Origin: Gallionella sp.
GTDB lineage: Bacteria > Pseudomonadota > Gammaproteobacteria > Burkholderiales > Gallionellaceae
Assembly: GCA_027311105.1 (NCBI GenBank)
Contig: DAICZN010000071.1
Span: 1,164-65,163, forward strand
Direction: 5' to 3'
Length of the DNA: 64,000 nt
Positions 28,488 through 38,249 of the stretch are shown piece after piece. The position numbers and the translations under genes were made by a program. How positions within the stretch are numbered: the stretch's first letter is position 1; each line of letters starts with the position of its first letter. Under the pieces are notes generated by a model. The model searched no databases and was not told where the DNA came from. It was given only the letters and a program-made list of their open reading frames with translations.

Positions 28488-30500
28488 TCAGTCAGGAATA
28501 TCCGGATACAGGTGGCAATGTGCGCCATGCGTGGACGAGAACATTTTATTTTCGGGATAGACACGCCGGCATAGCTCCGTGGCATGCGAACAGCGCGGCG
28601 CAAAATGGCAGCCCGGAGGAGGATTGGCGGGGGAGGGCAGGTCTCCTTCAAGCCTGATGCGTTCTGTCTGTGCTCCGTCAATGCGGGGTACGGCGGACAA
28701 TAGTGCCTGGGTGTAAGGATGCCTGGGCTTGCGCAATACCTCCTCTGCCGTGCCGCGTTCAACGATGCGCACCAGATACATCACGCATACTTCATGCGCC
28801 AGATATTCCACCACCGCAAGATTGTGCGTGATGAACAAATAGCTCAAGCCCAATTCCTGCTGCAATGACTTCAGCAGGTTCAAGATTTGCGCCTGCACCG
28901 ATACGTCCAGCGCGCTGGTTGGTTCATCGCAAATCAGCAACCGGGGCGATACGGCAAGAGCGCGGGCGATCGCGATTCGTTGCCGTTGCCCCCCGGAGAA
29001 CTCGTGCGGATAGCGCCACTTTGAAATGCGCGCCAGACCGACCTGGTCGAGCAGCGAGTCCACGAGCGATTGGCGTGCAGAGCTGTCGCCATGGAGCCCC
29101 AGCGCGGTCATGCCTTCTTCCAGAATTTCAGCGACACGCATCTTGGGATTGAGCGAAGCATAGGGGTCCTGAAATACCATCTGCATCGTGGAGCGCCGGG
29201 CACGCAATTTTCGGGCGCCAAGTCCGGTCAATTCGTGCCCGGCAAATTGCACGCTGCCAGCGGTGGGCGGGATCAATTGCAGCAGCGCCTTGCCCAGCGT
29301 GGTCTTGCCGCACCCGGATTCGCCCACCAATGCCAGTGTCCGTCCCTGCGGAATTTCCAGCGACACGCCATCTACAGCCTTTACCCGCCCGACCACTCTT
29401 TGCAGGATACCTTTGCGGATGGGGAAGTGGACGCGCAAGTCTTTGACTTGCAAAAGGGATGAGGGCTGAGGACTGACGGTTGAGGACTGAGGGTTGAGGA
29501 CTGAGGACTGAGGACTGAGGACTGAGTTCTCAGTCCTTGGTCCTGGATTTCCATAAAGATGGCAGCGCACCCCGTGACCGTCACTCAGAACCGTCCAGGC
29601 CGGCGTTTGTTCGTTGCACAATGCCCATGCCTGATCGCAACGTGCGGCAAACCGGCAACCACGGGTGATGCTGCCCAGCGCCGGAACGCTGCCGGGAATC
29701 GCGGCCAGCGCCCGGTTGCGCTGGTTAGCATCGGGCAAGGCGGCCAGCAATTTTTGCGTGTAGGGGTGCAAGGGCCGGGACAGCAATTGCGCGCGACTTG
29801 CCTGTTCAACGATCTGGCCGGCATACATCACACCCGCCTGATGCGCCATTTGCGCGACCACGCCCAGGTCGTGGGTGATCAGCAATATAGACATGCCGCT
29901 GGCCGACTGCGTGTCGCGCAGCAGCTGCAGCACCTGTGCCTGTGTGGTTACATCGAGCGCGGTGGTCGGCTCGTCGGCGACCAATAATTTCGGCTGTCCG
30001 GCCAGCGCCATGGCGATCATCACGCGCTGCTTCATTCCGCCTGAAAGCTGCATTGGATATTCGGTCACGCGCCGCGCCGCATCGGGTATGCCCACCTGAT
30101 CCAGCAATTCAATGCAGCGCTGTTGTGCGGCCATGCCGCGCATGTCCCGGTGCAATGCCAGTACTTCGGCGATCTGGGCGCCCACTGTCATCCCCGGGTT
30201 CAGGCTCCGCCCAGGTTCCTGGAAGATCCTTGCCGAGGTCCCGCCGCGCCCTGCGCGCATATCGCTTTCGCGCAAACCGAACAGGTCCACCCCATCCAGT
30301 TGCGCGGTCCCGCCTGCACGAACCACACCATCGGGCAACAGGCGCAGCAGCGACAGAGCAGTCATCGATTTTCCGCAGCCGGATTCCCCCAGCAGCGCAT
30401 AGGTTTCGCCCGCATTGATGCCGAACGAAATGTCGTCGACGATGCGCGCCCCGTTGCGCAACTGTGTAATCAAACCCGAGACGCTGAGGATGCTGTTCAT
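28488..30500 (-). CDS. Dipeptide/oligopeptide ABC transporter, fused double ATP-binding protein
   Basis: Two GESGCGK Walker A, LSGGMKQR and FSGGQRQR signatures, two oligo_HPY C-terminal Cys motifs. Confidence 0.92.
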   Translation of the reverse strand: MNSILSVSGLITQLRNGARIVDDISFGINAGETYALLGESGCGKSMTALSLLRLLPDGVVRAGGTAQLDGVDLFGLRESDMRAGRGGTSARIFQEPGRSLNPGMTVGAQIAEVLALHRDMRGMAAQQRCIELLDQVGIPDAARRVTEYPMQLSGGMKQRVMIAMALAGQPKLLVADEPTTALDVTTQAQVLQLLRDTQSASGMSILLITHDLGVVAQMAHQAGVMYAGQIVEQASRAQLLSRPLHPYTQKLLAALPDANQRNRALAAIPGSVPALGSITRGCRFAARCDQAWALCNEQTPAWTVLSDGHGVRCHLYGNPGPRTENSVLSPQSSVLNPQSSTVSPQPSSLLQVKDLRVHFPIRKGILQRVVGRVKAVDGVSLEIPQGRTLALVGESGCGKTTLGKALLQLIPPTAGSVQFAGHELTGLGARKLRARRSTMQMVFQDPYASLNPKMRVAEILEEGMTALGLHGDSSARQSLVDSLLDQVGLARISKWRYPHEFSGGQRQRIAIARALAVSPRLLICDEPTSALDVSVQAQILNLLKSLQQELGLSYLFITHNLAVVEYLAHEVCVMYLVRIVERGTAEEVLRKPRHPYTQALLSAVPRIDGAQTERIRLEGDLPSPANPPPGCHFAPRCSHATELCRRVYPENKMFSSTHGAHCHLYPDIPD
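29454..29544. repeat. Heptamer tandem repeat (GAGGACT)n with inverted copy, in-frame in the ABC ATPase linker
   Basis: About 10 GAGGACT-like units 29454-29526, then AGGACTGAG-TT-CTCAGTCCT hairpin. Confidence 0.9.
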
Positions 30501-31867
30501 CAAGCCGCCGTCGCGCTGTGATTCAGGCGCGGGTCGAACGCATCGCGCACCGCATCGGCAAACAGATTGGCTGCCAGCACCAGCGCCAGCATGAAGCCGA
30601 AGGCGGAGGCCAGCGCCCACCAGACTACCGGGTCGCGCCCCATTTCCAGGCGCGCCGCATTGATCATCGTGCCGAAGCTGATCATTGAGGGGTCGACGCC
30701 TACACCGACATAAGACAGCACTGCCTCGGCCAGCACCAGCCCGCTGAAATCCATCACCAGCGAAATCAGCACGATGTGCATCACGTTCGGCAGGATGTGG
30801 CGCGTGAGGATGCGCAATGAGGGAACGCCAAACGCCTGCGCCGCCTGGATGTATTCCATCTCGCGCAGCTTGAGCGTTTCGCCGCGCAACAGGCGGCACA
30901 ATCCTGTCCAGCTGGTGACCCCGAGTATCAGGCACAAGAACACCAGGCGCAGGTCGGCGCGCGACGCGGAGGTGTCGAACCACTGCGGATGCGTATCTAT
31001 GGTCACCTGCATCATCAGCACCGCCGCCGCGATCAGCAGCACGCTGGGTATGGAGCTCAGCACGGTGTAGATGTACTGGATCACGTCATCCACCCAGCCG
31101 CGCAGATATCCCGCCGCGATACCCAGCAGCAAAGCCAGCGGCAAAGTGACCAGTGTCGTCACGGTGCCGATGATCAGTCCTGTTCGTATGCTCTTCAGCG
31201 ACAAATACAGCACATCCTGCCCGACCTTGTCGGTGCCGAGCACGTGATATGCGCAAGCCAGACCGGCAGTCATGCCGATAACGGCGGAGATAATGAGCGT
31301 GGCGATCAGCAGGGGGCGCACCGGCCAGCCGCGCCCGGCCAGCGGGCGCCTGCCGGCCAGCGCAATCAACAGCCCCGCCAGCAACCCCGCCAGCGCACCC
31401 GACAGTCCTCGCTTCAACACATCGCCGTCACGCTGCTGCGGACCGGACAGGTGCGCGCCCCCGTAGCGCAAACGCGGATACTCGCGCGACACCAGGCCGT
31501 TCGCCTCGCTGATATTTTCCTTGGCGTACAGGATCATCGCCAGCGGCGCGGAATAGGTTTTCTCGGTATGCGTGCGCAACGGCGCAAGCAACTTGTCGAA
31601 AACGCTCAGCACCTCGGGAGAGTAGACCTTTTGGCCGTTATCGTTTTCCGGCAACAGGATCCGGTAGTGCAGCGTGTCCAGCAGCCCGACCAGCAGGAAT
31701 AAAGACAAGACCAGCAATGACACCATCGCGGTTGGATTTTGCGCCACGCGCTGCCACGGCAGCAGCAGATGTTCGTGCCGGCGCACGTACCAGGCACAGG
31801 ATATCCCAGCCGCGAGCAGCAAAAATACCAGCGCGTCGCTCCACAGGATGACCGGCATGAAACTCAT
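30500..31867 (-). CDS. Peptide ABC transporter permease (DppC/OppC-like)
   Basis: HVLGTDKVGQD, EYIQAAQAFG EAA motif, RDAFDPR. Confidence 0.9.
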   Translation of the reverse strand: MSFMPVILWSDALVFLLLAAGISCAWYVRRHEHLLLPWQRVAQNPTAMVSLLVLSLFLLVGLLDTLHYRILLPENDNGQKVYSPEVLSVFDKLLAPLRTHTEKTYSAPLAMILYAKENISEANGLVSREYPRLRYGGAHLSGPQQRDGDVLKRGLSGALAGLLAGLLIALAGRRPLAGRGWPVRPLLIATLIISAVIGMTAGLACAYHVLGTDKVGQDVLYLSLKSIRTGLIIGTVTTLVTLPLALLLGIAAGYLRGWVDDVIQYIYTVLSSIPSVLLIAAAVLMMQVTIDTHPQWFDTSASRADLRLVFLCLILGVTSWTGLCRLLRGETLKLREMEYIQAAQAFGVPSLRILTRHILPNVMHIVLISLVMDFSGLVLAEAVLSYVGVGVDPSMISFGTMINAARLEMGRDPVVWWALASAFGFMLALVLAANLFADAVRDAFDPRLNHSATAA

Positions 31868-32841
31868 TGCAGCCTTACCCGGGGATCCACGATGGTGTAG
31901 GAGATATCGGTGAGTATCAGGCCGGCGATGTACAGCAGCGAGCCGAGAAACACCATTGCGCGGACGACGCTGAAGTCCTGGGCATTTATCGCGTCTATCG
32001 TGTAGCTGCCCAGGCCCGGAATGCCGAAAAACGCCTCGGTGAGCAGGCTGCCCATGAACAGCAAGGGGATGACGACAACCACGCCGGTAAGGATGGGGAT
32101 CATCGCGTTCTTCAGCACGTGGCGGAACAGTACCCCCATTTCCGACAAACCCTTGGCGCGGGCGGTGCGCACATAGTCCTTGCCGATTTCCTCTAGGAAG
32201 ATGGTGCGATACCAGCGGCTGCTGGAACCGATGCTGCCGATTACCCCGATGAAAACAGGCAGCACCACGAATTTGACGGCGCCCAGGTTGCTTTCGTAGC
32301 CGGAAATGGGCACCAGATGCCACAGTTTGCTCACGACAAACTGCCCGCCGATGATGTAGAACAAAGCCGAGACGGACATCAGCAGCACACACAACCCCAC
32401 TCCCGCGATGTCCAGCGCGGTGCCGCGAAACAGCGTCATCAGCAGCGCGAAGCTGACATAAACCGCCAGGCCGACCAGAAAGGTCGGCAGCGCGATTGCC
32501 AGACTCGGTCCCATGCGTGTCGAGATCTCGCGGCCGATGTCGCGGCCGTCATCGGAATAGCCGAAGTCGAGCACAAACATGCTGGCTGACTTCTGCCAGA
32601 AGATCGTGTCGCTGATCTTGCCTGTGCCGCTGGCAGAAAAGTTCAGCAACAATGGTTTGTCATAGCCATGCTGGTGTTCCCATTTCGCAATCGCATCCGG
32701 GGTGACGCGCTTTATGCCCAGCTGCATGCGCGCCATATCGTCGGGGGTGTTCACCACAAAAAACAACGCGAAGGTGAGCAGGTTCACCCCGATCAGGATC
32801 GGTATCGCGTAAAGAATGCGGCGCAGCAGGTAGGCAAGCAT
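31864..32841 (-). CDS. Peptide ABC transporter permease (DppB/OppB-like)
   Basis: DYVRTARAKGL, HVLKNA, VDPRVR. Confidence 0.93.
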   Translation of the reverse strand: MLAYLLRRILYAIPILIGVNLLTFALFFVVNTPDDMARMQLGIKRVTPDAIAKWEHQHGYDKPLLLNFSASGTGKISDTIFWQKSASMFVLDFGYSDDGRDIGREISTRMGPSLAIALPTFLVGLAVYVSFALLMTLFRGTALDIAGVGLCVLLMSVSALFYIIGGQFVVSKLWHLVPISGYESNLGAVKFVVLPVFIGVIGSIGSSSRWYRTIFLEEIGKDYVRTARAKGLSEMGVLFRHVLKNAMIPILTGVVVVIPLLFMGSLLTEAFFGIPGLGSYTIDAINAQDFSVVRAMVFLGSLLYIAGLILTDISYTIVDPRVRLQ

Positions 32842-33030
32842 GTTACGTCTGGCGTGGGTAGCGTAAGGGTGCGCGGATTATAGGGCAATATTTCATTCCG
32901 CCAGTCAGGTGTTTCTTTATCATGCCGCCCTGTCACCAATTAAAAACCGGATAGGTCAGGCAGAATATGCCGGCGGATTCCATGCTGTCCGCCCGGCTGA
33001 AAGTGAATCGGGCAGGCGCCTGGCCGTGAA

Positions 33031-33846
33031 CTAAAATGGAACGTCTCCGGCTGTGCGCCAGGTCATGTAAATCGCGCCACCGGCCAGCGCGAAAGCCGGC
33101 AGTGCGAGCAGCAGGCTTTGCATCCTGAGTGACTGCCTCGGCAATGGCATCAGCAAGGCGGCCATTGGTATCGCCGCAAGTACAGGCAGTGCGTACCAGG
33201 GAAGCTTTGCGCTTAACACTGCAATGCAGCCGGTCAACCCGGCAATCAGCGACAGCGGCAGGGTAAATATTCGTCCGGCGTGCAATGCCTTGTTGCTGAA
33301 CATATGGATTAGCAGGTAGGCAGAAGCGGCTGATCCGAGCGCCAAACCGAATTGGCCGAGCAGTGCCGATGCGCCGACCAGTGCCGAGCCTCCCGTGCCC
33401 ATGCCCAGCGCGGTAGCTGCAGTGGCGGCACGTGCGGGGTCATTTTCAAGACTGTCCATGCCCCAAACCAGGATCGCGACATAGGCCGCACAACCCGCGC
33501 CCCACAACAGCACTATATGAGCGGGATGCTGCTGGAGAATTCGCTGTGCCGTCCAGATGGCAGCGGCTCCTCCGAGCAGGGGGAGCAGGGATACCAGCCG
33601 GCGTAACTTGAATAAAGTGAGCAGCAAGCCCAGCGAGGCGCTGACCAGACCCAGGAGCACGATTTTTCGCGCGGCGGTGAGCGGTGCGAAGGTGAAGTCG
33701 CTGGCCAGGTAAACCATGACAATAAATCCGGCGATGATGGCCAGGCCGCCCAGCCTTGGGCGCCGGAATAATCCGGCGCTGGCCAGCGCGGCGAGAAATG
33801 GCGCCAGGCCTGCTTGTACGGCGGGGTGATTGAGCAATTCTTGCAA
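33031..33846 (-). CDS. Hypothetical integral membrane protein
   Basis: Hydrophobic ORF with about 9 TM; TTG start after GAGG assumed. Confidence 0.7.
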   Translation of the reverse strand: MQELLNHPAVQAGLAPFLAALASAGLFRRPRLGGLAIIAGFIVMVYLASDFTFAPLTAARKIVLLGLVSASLGLLLTLFKLRRLVSLLPLLGGAAAIWTAQRILQQHPAHIVLLWGAGCAAYVAILVWGMDSLENDPARAATAATALGMGTGGSALVGASALLGQFGLALGSAASAYLLIHMFSNKALHAGRIFTLPLSLIAGLTGCIAVLSAKLPWYALPVLAAIPMAALLMPLPRQSLRMQSLLLALPAFALAGGAIYMTWRTAGDVPF

Positions 33847-33901
33847 TTTAACCTCGGGCAGGCGATCGAACCGGGGCAAGTTTATCACTATTGAAACAGC
33901 C

Positions 33902-33928
33902 CTTGAAATTCTGCGGAAATCCCCCAGT
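33902..33928 (+). promoter_or_regulatory. Sigma-32 (RpoH) promoter of htpX
   Basis: CTTGAAA-N13-CCCCAGT upstream of a heat-shock protease gene. Confidence 0.8.
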
Positions 33929-34020
33929 TATACGGGGCGCTGTGGCTGATCACTGCGGCTGATCGTGATGGTGCGCTGCATGCGCAATTCGACATCGTAG
34001 ACTATGGAGATTATATATTC

Positions 34021-34902
34021 ATGAAAAGAATATTCCTGTTCGTTCTGACCAACCTGGCGGTGGTGTTCGTGATCAACATCACCCTGCGGCTGCTCGGTGT
34101 CGATCGCTGGCTGGACGCAAGCGGCGGCATAAACTTCAATGCACTGCTGGTGATTTCCGCGGTGATCGGTTTTGCCGGCTCGCTGGTTTCGCTGGCGATA
34201 TCCAAATGGTCTGCCAGGCGCATGGTCGGCGCCCGGGTGATCGAAAATCCGGTCGACCCGACCGAGCGCTGGCTGGTGGATACGGTGAGCCGGCATGCCG
34301 CGGCCGCCGGGATCTGCATGCCTGAAGTGGCGATCTACGATGCACCCGATGCGAACGCCTTTGCCACCGGATGGAACCGCAACGACGCGCTGGTGGCGGT
34401 GAGCACGGGCTTGCTGCACAGCATGAGCAAGGATGAGGTGGAGGCCGTGCTGGGGCATGAGATGAGCCATGTCGCCAATGGCGACATGGTGACGCTGGCG
34501 CTGATCCAGGGCGTGGTGAATACCTTCGTGATCTTTTTCGCCAAGCTGTTCGGTTACTTCGTGGATCGCGTGCTGCTCAAGAATGACGAGCGTAACGGCC
34601 CCGGGATCGGCGCCTTCGTTGCCGAGATCGCGGCGCAACTGGTGCTGGGCATACTCGCCAGCATCATCGTGATGTGGTTCTCGCGCCGGCGGGAATTCAG
34701 GGCCGATGCGGGCGGAGCCCGCCTGGCCGGGCGCAACAAGATGATCGCCGCGCTGGAACGGCTCAAGGCCAACCATGAGCAGACCGCGCTGCCGGAAAAA
34801 ATTGCCGCGTTCGGCATCTCCGGCGGTCACGCGTTCGCAAGGATATTCATGACCCATCCTCCGCTGGACGAGCGTATCGCCGCACTGCGCAGCGGGCAAT
34901 AA
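34021..34902 (+). CDS. htpX: Protease HtpX
   Basis: NAFATG, GHEMSH, REFRADA, THPPL. Confidence 0.96.
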   Translation: MKRIFLFVLTNLAVVFVINITLRLLGVDRWLDASGGINFNALLVISAVIGFAGSLVSLAISKWSARRMVGARVIENPVDPTERWLVDTVSRHAAAAGICMPEVAIYDAPDANAFATGWNRNDALVAVSTGLLHSMSKDEVEAVLGHEMSHVANGDMVTLALIQGVVNTFVIFFAKLFGYFVDRVLLKNDERNGPGIGAFVAEIAAQLVLGILASIIVMWFSRRREFRADAGGARLAGRNKMIAALERLKANHEQTALPEKIAAFGISGGHAFARIFMTHPPLDERIAALRSGQ

Positions 34903-34923
34903 GCGCTGCGGTAATACGGCGAT

Positions 34924-34964
34924 ACATAACAACAGGGCCCGCGATGCGGGCCCTGTTGTTATGT
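34924..34964. terminator. Hairpin between convergent htpX and mlaA
   Basis: Perfect 19-bp inverted repeat ACATAACAACAGGGCCCGC-GAT-GCGGGCCCTGTTGTTATGT. Confidence 0.8.
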
Positions 34965-35018
34965 GCGGCTGGAAGATTGCGAAACACAACCCGTTGAGAG
35001 CCCGGAGGCCGCGTCAGG

Positions 35019-35747
35019 CTAGGGCTTGGTCGTGTCCTCATCGTCATATCGGGTCGGTGGCGGATTGCCGTCATACACCAGGTTTTTCCGGTACTGCAGG
35101 TAACTGTCCCTGGTAAATTCGTAGGGATCTATCATCGCCTCATCCAGGACTTTCTCCTGGTCCAGCAGGCCCGCGCGCACGTTGATTCCCCTGGCGATGT
35201 AGGTCTGGTTGCGCACGGTGATGTCTTTGATCTGGTAAATCGGGCTTGCATAGCTGTCAGCATACAGCCCCGCGCTGTCGCGCAAGGTGCTTGGGCCGAA
35301 GAGTGGCAGAACGAGGTAAGGGCCGTTGCCTATTCCCCATTTCCCCAGCGTCTGGCCAAAATCCTCGTTGTGTTTTTTCAGGCTGCCGACGGAGGCGACG
35401 TCAATCAGCCCGAAAACACCGATCGTGGTGTTCACAAAGAAACGCATGCCGTCAGAAAATCCCTGCACCAGTTTGAACTGCAGCAGATCGTTGGTCGTCA
35501 CGACCACATCGTCAAGATTGGAAAAGAAGTTGGACACCATGATTCTGGCAAATGCCGGCATCACGGCAGTGTAGCCTTTGGCGACGGGTTTGAGGACGGC
35601 TTTGTCCAGCTTGTCGTTGAATTTGTATATGCCGCGGTTGAGCGGTTCCAGCGGGTCGTCCGGATTGTGCGCGCCCGCGCAACCGGTGACAAACAGTGAT
35701 CCAGTAAGCAGAATTATATTCAGCGCAAGGGTTCGAATTCGGTTCAT
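35019..35747 (-). CDS. mlaA: MlaA/VacJ lipoprotein
   Basis: Lipobox VTGC, DPLEPLNR, EDFGQTL, GPSTLRD. Confidence 0.92.
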   Translation of the reverse strand: MNRIRTLALNIILLTGSLFVTGCAGAHNPDDPLEPLNRGIYKFNDKLDKAVLKPVAKGYTAVMPAFARIMVSNFFSNLDDVVVTTNDLLQFKLVQGFSDGMRFFVNTTIGVFGLIDVASVGSLKKHNEDFGQTLGKWGIGNGPYLVLPLFGPSTLRDSAGLYADSYASPIYQIKDITVRNQTYIARGINVRAGLLDQEKVLDEAMIDPYEFTRDSYLQYRKNLVYDGNPPPTRYDDEDTTKP

Positions 35748-35811
35748 CGTTGTTATATAGGGCAGGTGGGCGAACCGAAGTTTAGCTGGAATGAAGTCAG
35801 ACGCAAAGCTG

Positions 35812-36357
35812 TTAACCCAATTTGCCGGGCGGCAACAGGTCTCCGATGCGAAAATGGAAGGTGCCTGTCCGGCGGTCGGCGAAATAATGCTGCAGGGAAA
35901 AACGCACCGGGCGGAAAGCCAGCGCATCCCAGGGGATGTCCTGCTCCGTGAATAATTGCACTTCCAGGCTTTCCACGCCGGGGGAGAAATCCGGATTCAG
36001 CAGGCTGGCGCGGAACAACAGATGCACCTGGTTGATGTAGGGCAGGTTGTACAGGGTATATAACTCGCCGATGGATACCTGCGCATTGGCTTCTTCCAGG
36101 GTTTCGCGTGCGGCGGCTTCCACAGTTGTTTCACCGTTCTCCATGAAACCGGCAGGCAATGTCCAGAATCCGTGGCGGGGTTCGATCGCGCGGCGGCACA
36201 GCAGGATTTTATCCTCCCAAACCGGGATGGCGCCCACGATCAATTTGGGGTTTTGATAATGGACTTCACCGCAGGAAATGCATACATGGCGGGCCCGGTT
36301 ATCATCCGGCGGGATTCGCAGTTCAACTATGGAACCGCACAGGCTGCAAAATTTCAT
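35812..36357 (-). CDS. NUDIX hydrolase with N-terminal zinc ribbon
   Basis: FCSLCG..CISCG..HYQNP, AARETLEE. Confidence 0.9.
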   Translation of the reverse strand: MKFCSLCGSIVELRIPPDDNRARHVCISCGEVHYQNPKLIVGAIPVWEDKILLCRRAIEPRHGFWTLPAGFMENGETTVEAAARETLEEANAQVSIGELYTLYNLPYINQVHLLFRASLLNPDFSPGVESLEVQLFTEQDIPWDALAFRPVRFSLQHYFADRRTGTFHFRIGDLLPPGKLG

Positions 36358-36397
36358 CTCGAAAGCATGGTGCGAGTATGTGTCGATTCCATGACCG

Positions 36398-37180
36398 TTA
36401 CCGGGTTTTGTCGCCGGACTGGTTTGCCTGGCCGGCGATGAATAGCGGATAGTTCATGTTCAACACCCGTTGCGCATCGTCACGCAGCTGCTTCATTCCC
36501 AAAGCGTCATAGGCTTTTACCAGGATCACCAGCGCATCCCGGGATGAGGGGGAATTGGGGTAAAGCGACAGCACGGCTGTGGCACGGTTTACCGCGGCGA
36601 CATCTGCCCCGCGGCGCAAGTAGTAACTGGCAACATGGATGTCATACTTTGCCAGGGAGTTGAGCAGGTATTGCATGCGCAACCTGGAATCGTCGGCGTA
36701 TTTGCTGGCAGGAAAGCGCGTCACCAGATCCTTGAATGCGGAAAATGACTCCTGGGACGCTTTCGGGTCTCGTTCTGTGGTGTCTTCCCCGAACTTCATG
36801 CCGAACATGCCGATATCCTGGTTGAAGTTGGCCAGCCCTTTCACATAATAGGCGTAGTCAACGTGGGTATTGTTCGGGTATTGTTTGATGAAGCGATCAG
36901 CGGCGGAAATGGCGGATTCAGCCTCCTTCTGCTTGTAATAGATGAATGCAATCTCCAGTTGCGACTGTTGCGCAAAGCGTCCGTATGGATAATGCGACTG
37001 CAGGGATTCAAATTCCTTGAGGGCATCCTCATAGTTTCCCTCATCAAGGCTTTTCTTCGCGGTGAAATACATTTCTTCGACTGATGACGTTTTTGCCGTG
37101 GTGTCGAGATCCGGCTTGGATTCGAACAAACTGCAGGCGGTTAACGTAAGCAACAGAAATACGGCTAAACTATGGCGCAT
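36398..37180 (-). CDS. bamD: Outer membrane protein assembly factor BamD
   Basis: LTAC lipobox, TPRs, DYAYYVKGL, ERDP; divergent to rluD. Confidence 0.93.
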   Translation of the reverse strand: MRHSLAVFLLLTLTACSLFESKPDLDTTAKTSSVEEMYFTAKKSLDEGNYEDALKEFESLQSHYPYGRFAQQSQLEIAFIYYKQKEAESAISAADRFIKQYPNNTHVDYAYYVKGLANFNQDIGMFGMKFGEDTTERDPKASQESFSAFKDLVTRFPASKYADDSRLRMQYLLNSLAKYDIHVASYYLRRGADVAAVNRATAVLSLYPNSPSSRDALVILVKAYDALGMKQLRDDAQRVLNMNYPLFIAGQANQSGDKTR

Positions 37181-38249
37181 GACACATCCAAAAAATAATT
37201 CGGGCGATTATACCAAAGGTAGGCATGGGGATTCTGCAAGTTCACAACAAGCTGGCAGATCGCCTGCACTTGGCGAATCTGCCGCCAACGTCCACCCCGC
37301 TGTTCCGGCGCCGGTGCGTTTCACCGTTCCCGATGATTACGCAGGATTGCGGCTGGACCAGGCACTGGTTAAATTCATGCCCGAGTATTCACGCAGCCGC
37401 TTGCAGGAATGGATCGCCCGGCAGCTGGTCAAAGTGGACGGTGCAGATGCCACTACCAAGCAAAAACTGTGGGGAGGGGAAAAGCTTGAAGTGTTGCCGC
37501 AAGTCCATCCCGCCGAGCAACCCTATCTGGCGGAGGACATCGCGCTCGAAATCATGCATGAAGATGATGCGCTGCTGGTGATCAACAAGCCGGCCGGGCT
37601 GGTGGTACATCCCGGCAGCGGAAACTGGGAAGGCACGCTGCTCAACGCCTTGCTGCATCACGCTCCGCAGCTGGCTGGCGTGCCGCGCGCCGGCATCGTG
37701 CACAGGCTGGACAAGGATACCAGCGGCTTGCTGGTGGTGGCCAAAACCCTGGCCGCGCAAACCGCGCTGGTGCGGCAACTGGAGGCGCGCAGCGTGCAGC
37801 GCGAATACCTGGCCCTGGTGCATGGCGAGCTTGCCAGGGCCGGCAAGGTGGATGCGCCGATCGGGCGCCATCCCACCCAGCGCGTCAAAATGGCCGTCGT
37901 GGAAAGCGGCAAGCCCGCGGTCACGCATTATCAGATCGAAAGAAAGTTTCCCAGTTGCACGCTGCTGCGCTGCCGCCTGGAAACCGGGCGCACCCATCAG
38001 ATACGCGTGCATTTGGCCAGGATAGGCCATCCCCTGGTGGGTGACAGCGTGTATCTCAAGGGCCCGCAAAAATGCGTGCCGAAGCTGCGCGAATTGCTGG
38101 GTGGTTTTCCGCGCCAGGCATTGCATGCCACCCGCCTCGGACTGGAGCATCCGGTTAGTGGCGAAATGATGGAATGGCATGCGCCGTTGCCGCAAGACAT
38201 GGTGCAATTGCTGCAACAGATAAAGATAATCGCGGATGAGCCTGCCTGA
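37179..38249 (+). CDS. rluD: 23S rRNA pseudouridine synthase RluD
   Basis: S4 domain, NKPAG, HRLDKDTSG, TGRTHQIR; start uncertain. Confidence 0.93.
   Translation: MTHPKNNSGDYTKGRHGDSASSQQAGRSPALGESAANVHPAVPAPVRFTVPDDYAGLRLDQALVKFMPEYSRSRLQEWIARQLVKVDGADATTKQKLWGGEKLEVLPQVHPAEQPYLAEDIALEIMHEDDALLVINKPAGLVVHPGSGNWEGTLLNALLHHAPQLAGVPRAGIVHRLDKDTSGLLVVAKTLAAQTALVRQLEARSVQREYLALVHGELARAGKVDAPIGRHPTQRVKMAVVESGKPAVTHYQIERKFPSCTLLRCRLETGRTHQIRVHLARIGHPLVGDSVYLKGPQKCVPKLRELLGGFPRQALHATRLGLEHPVSGEMMEWHAPLPQDMVQLLQQIKIIADEPA

Noticed and set aside
37179-37181. Head-to-head overlapping starts of bamD and rluD
   Set aside because: Common arrangement in betaproteobacteria and the rluD start is uncertain.
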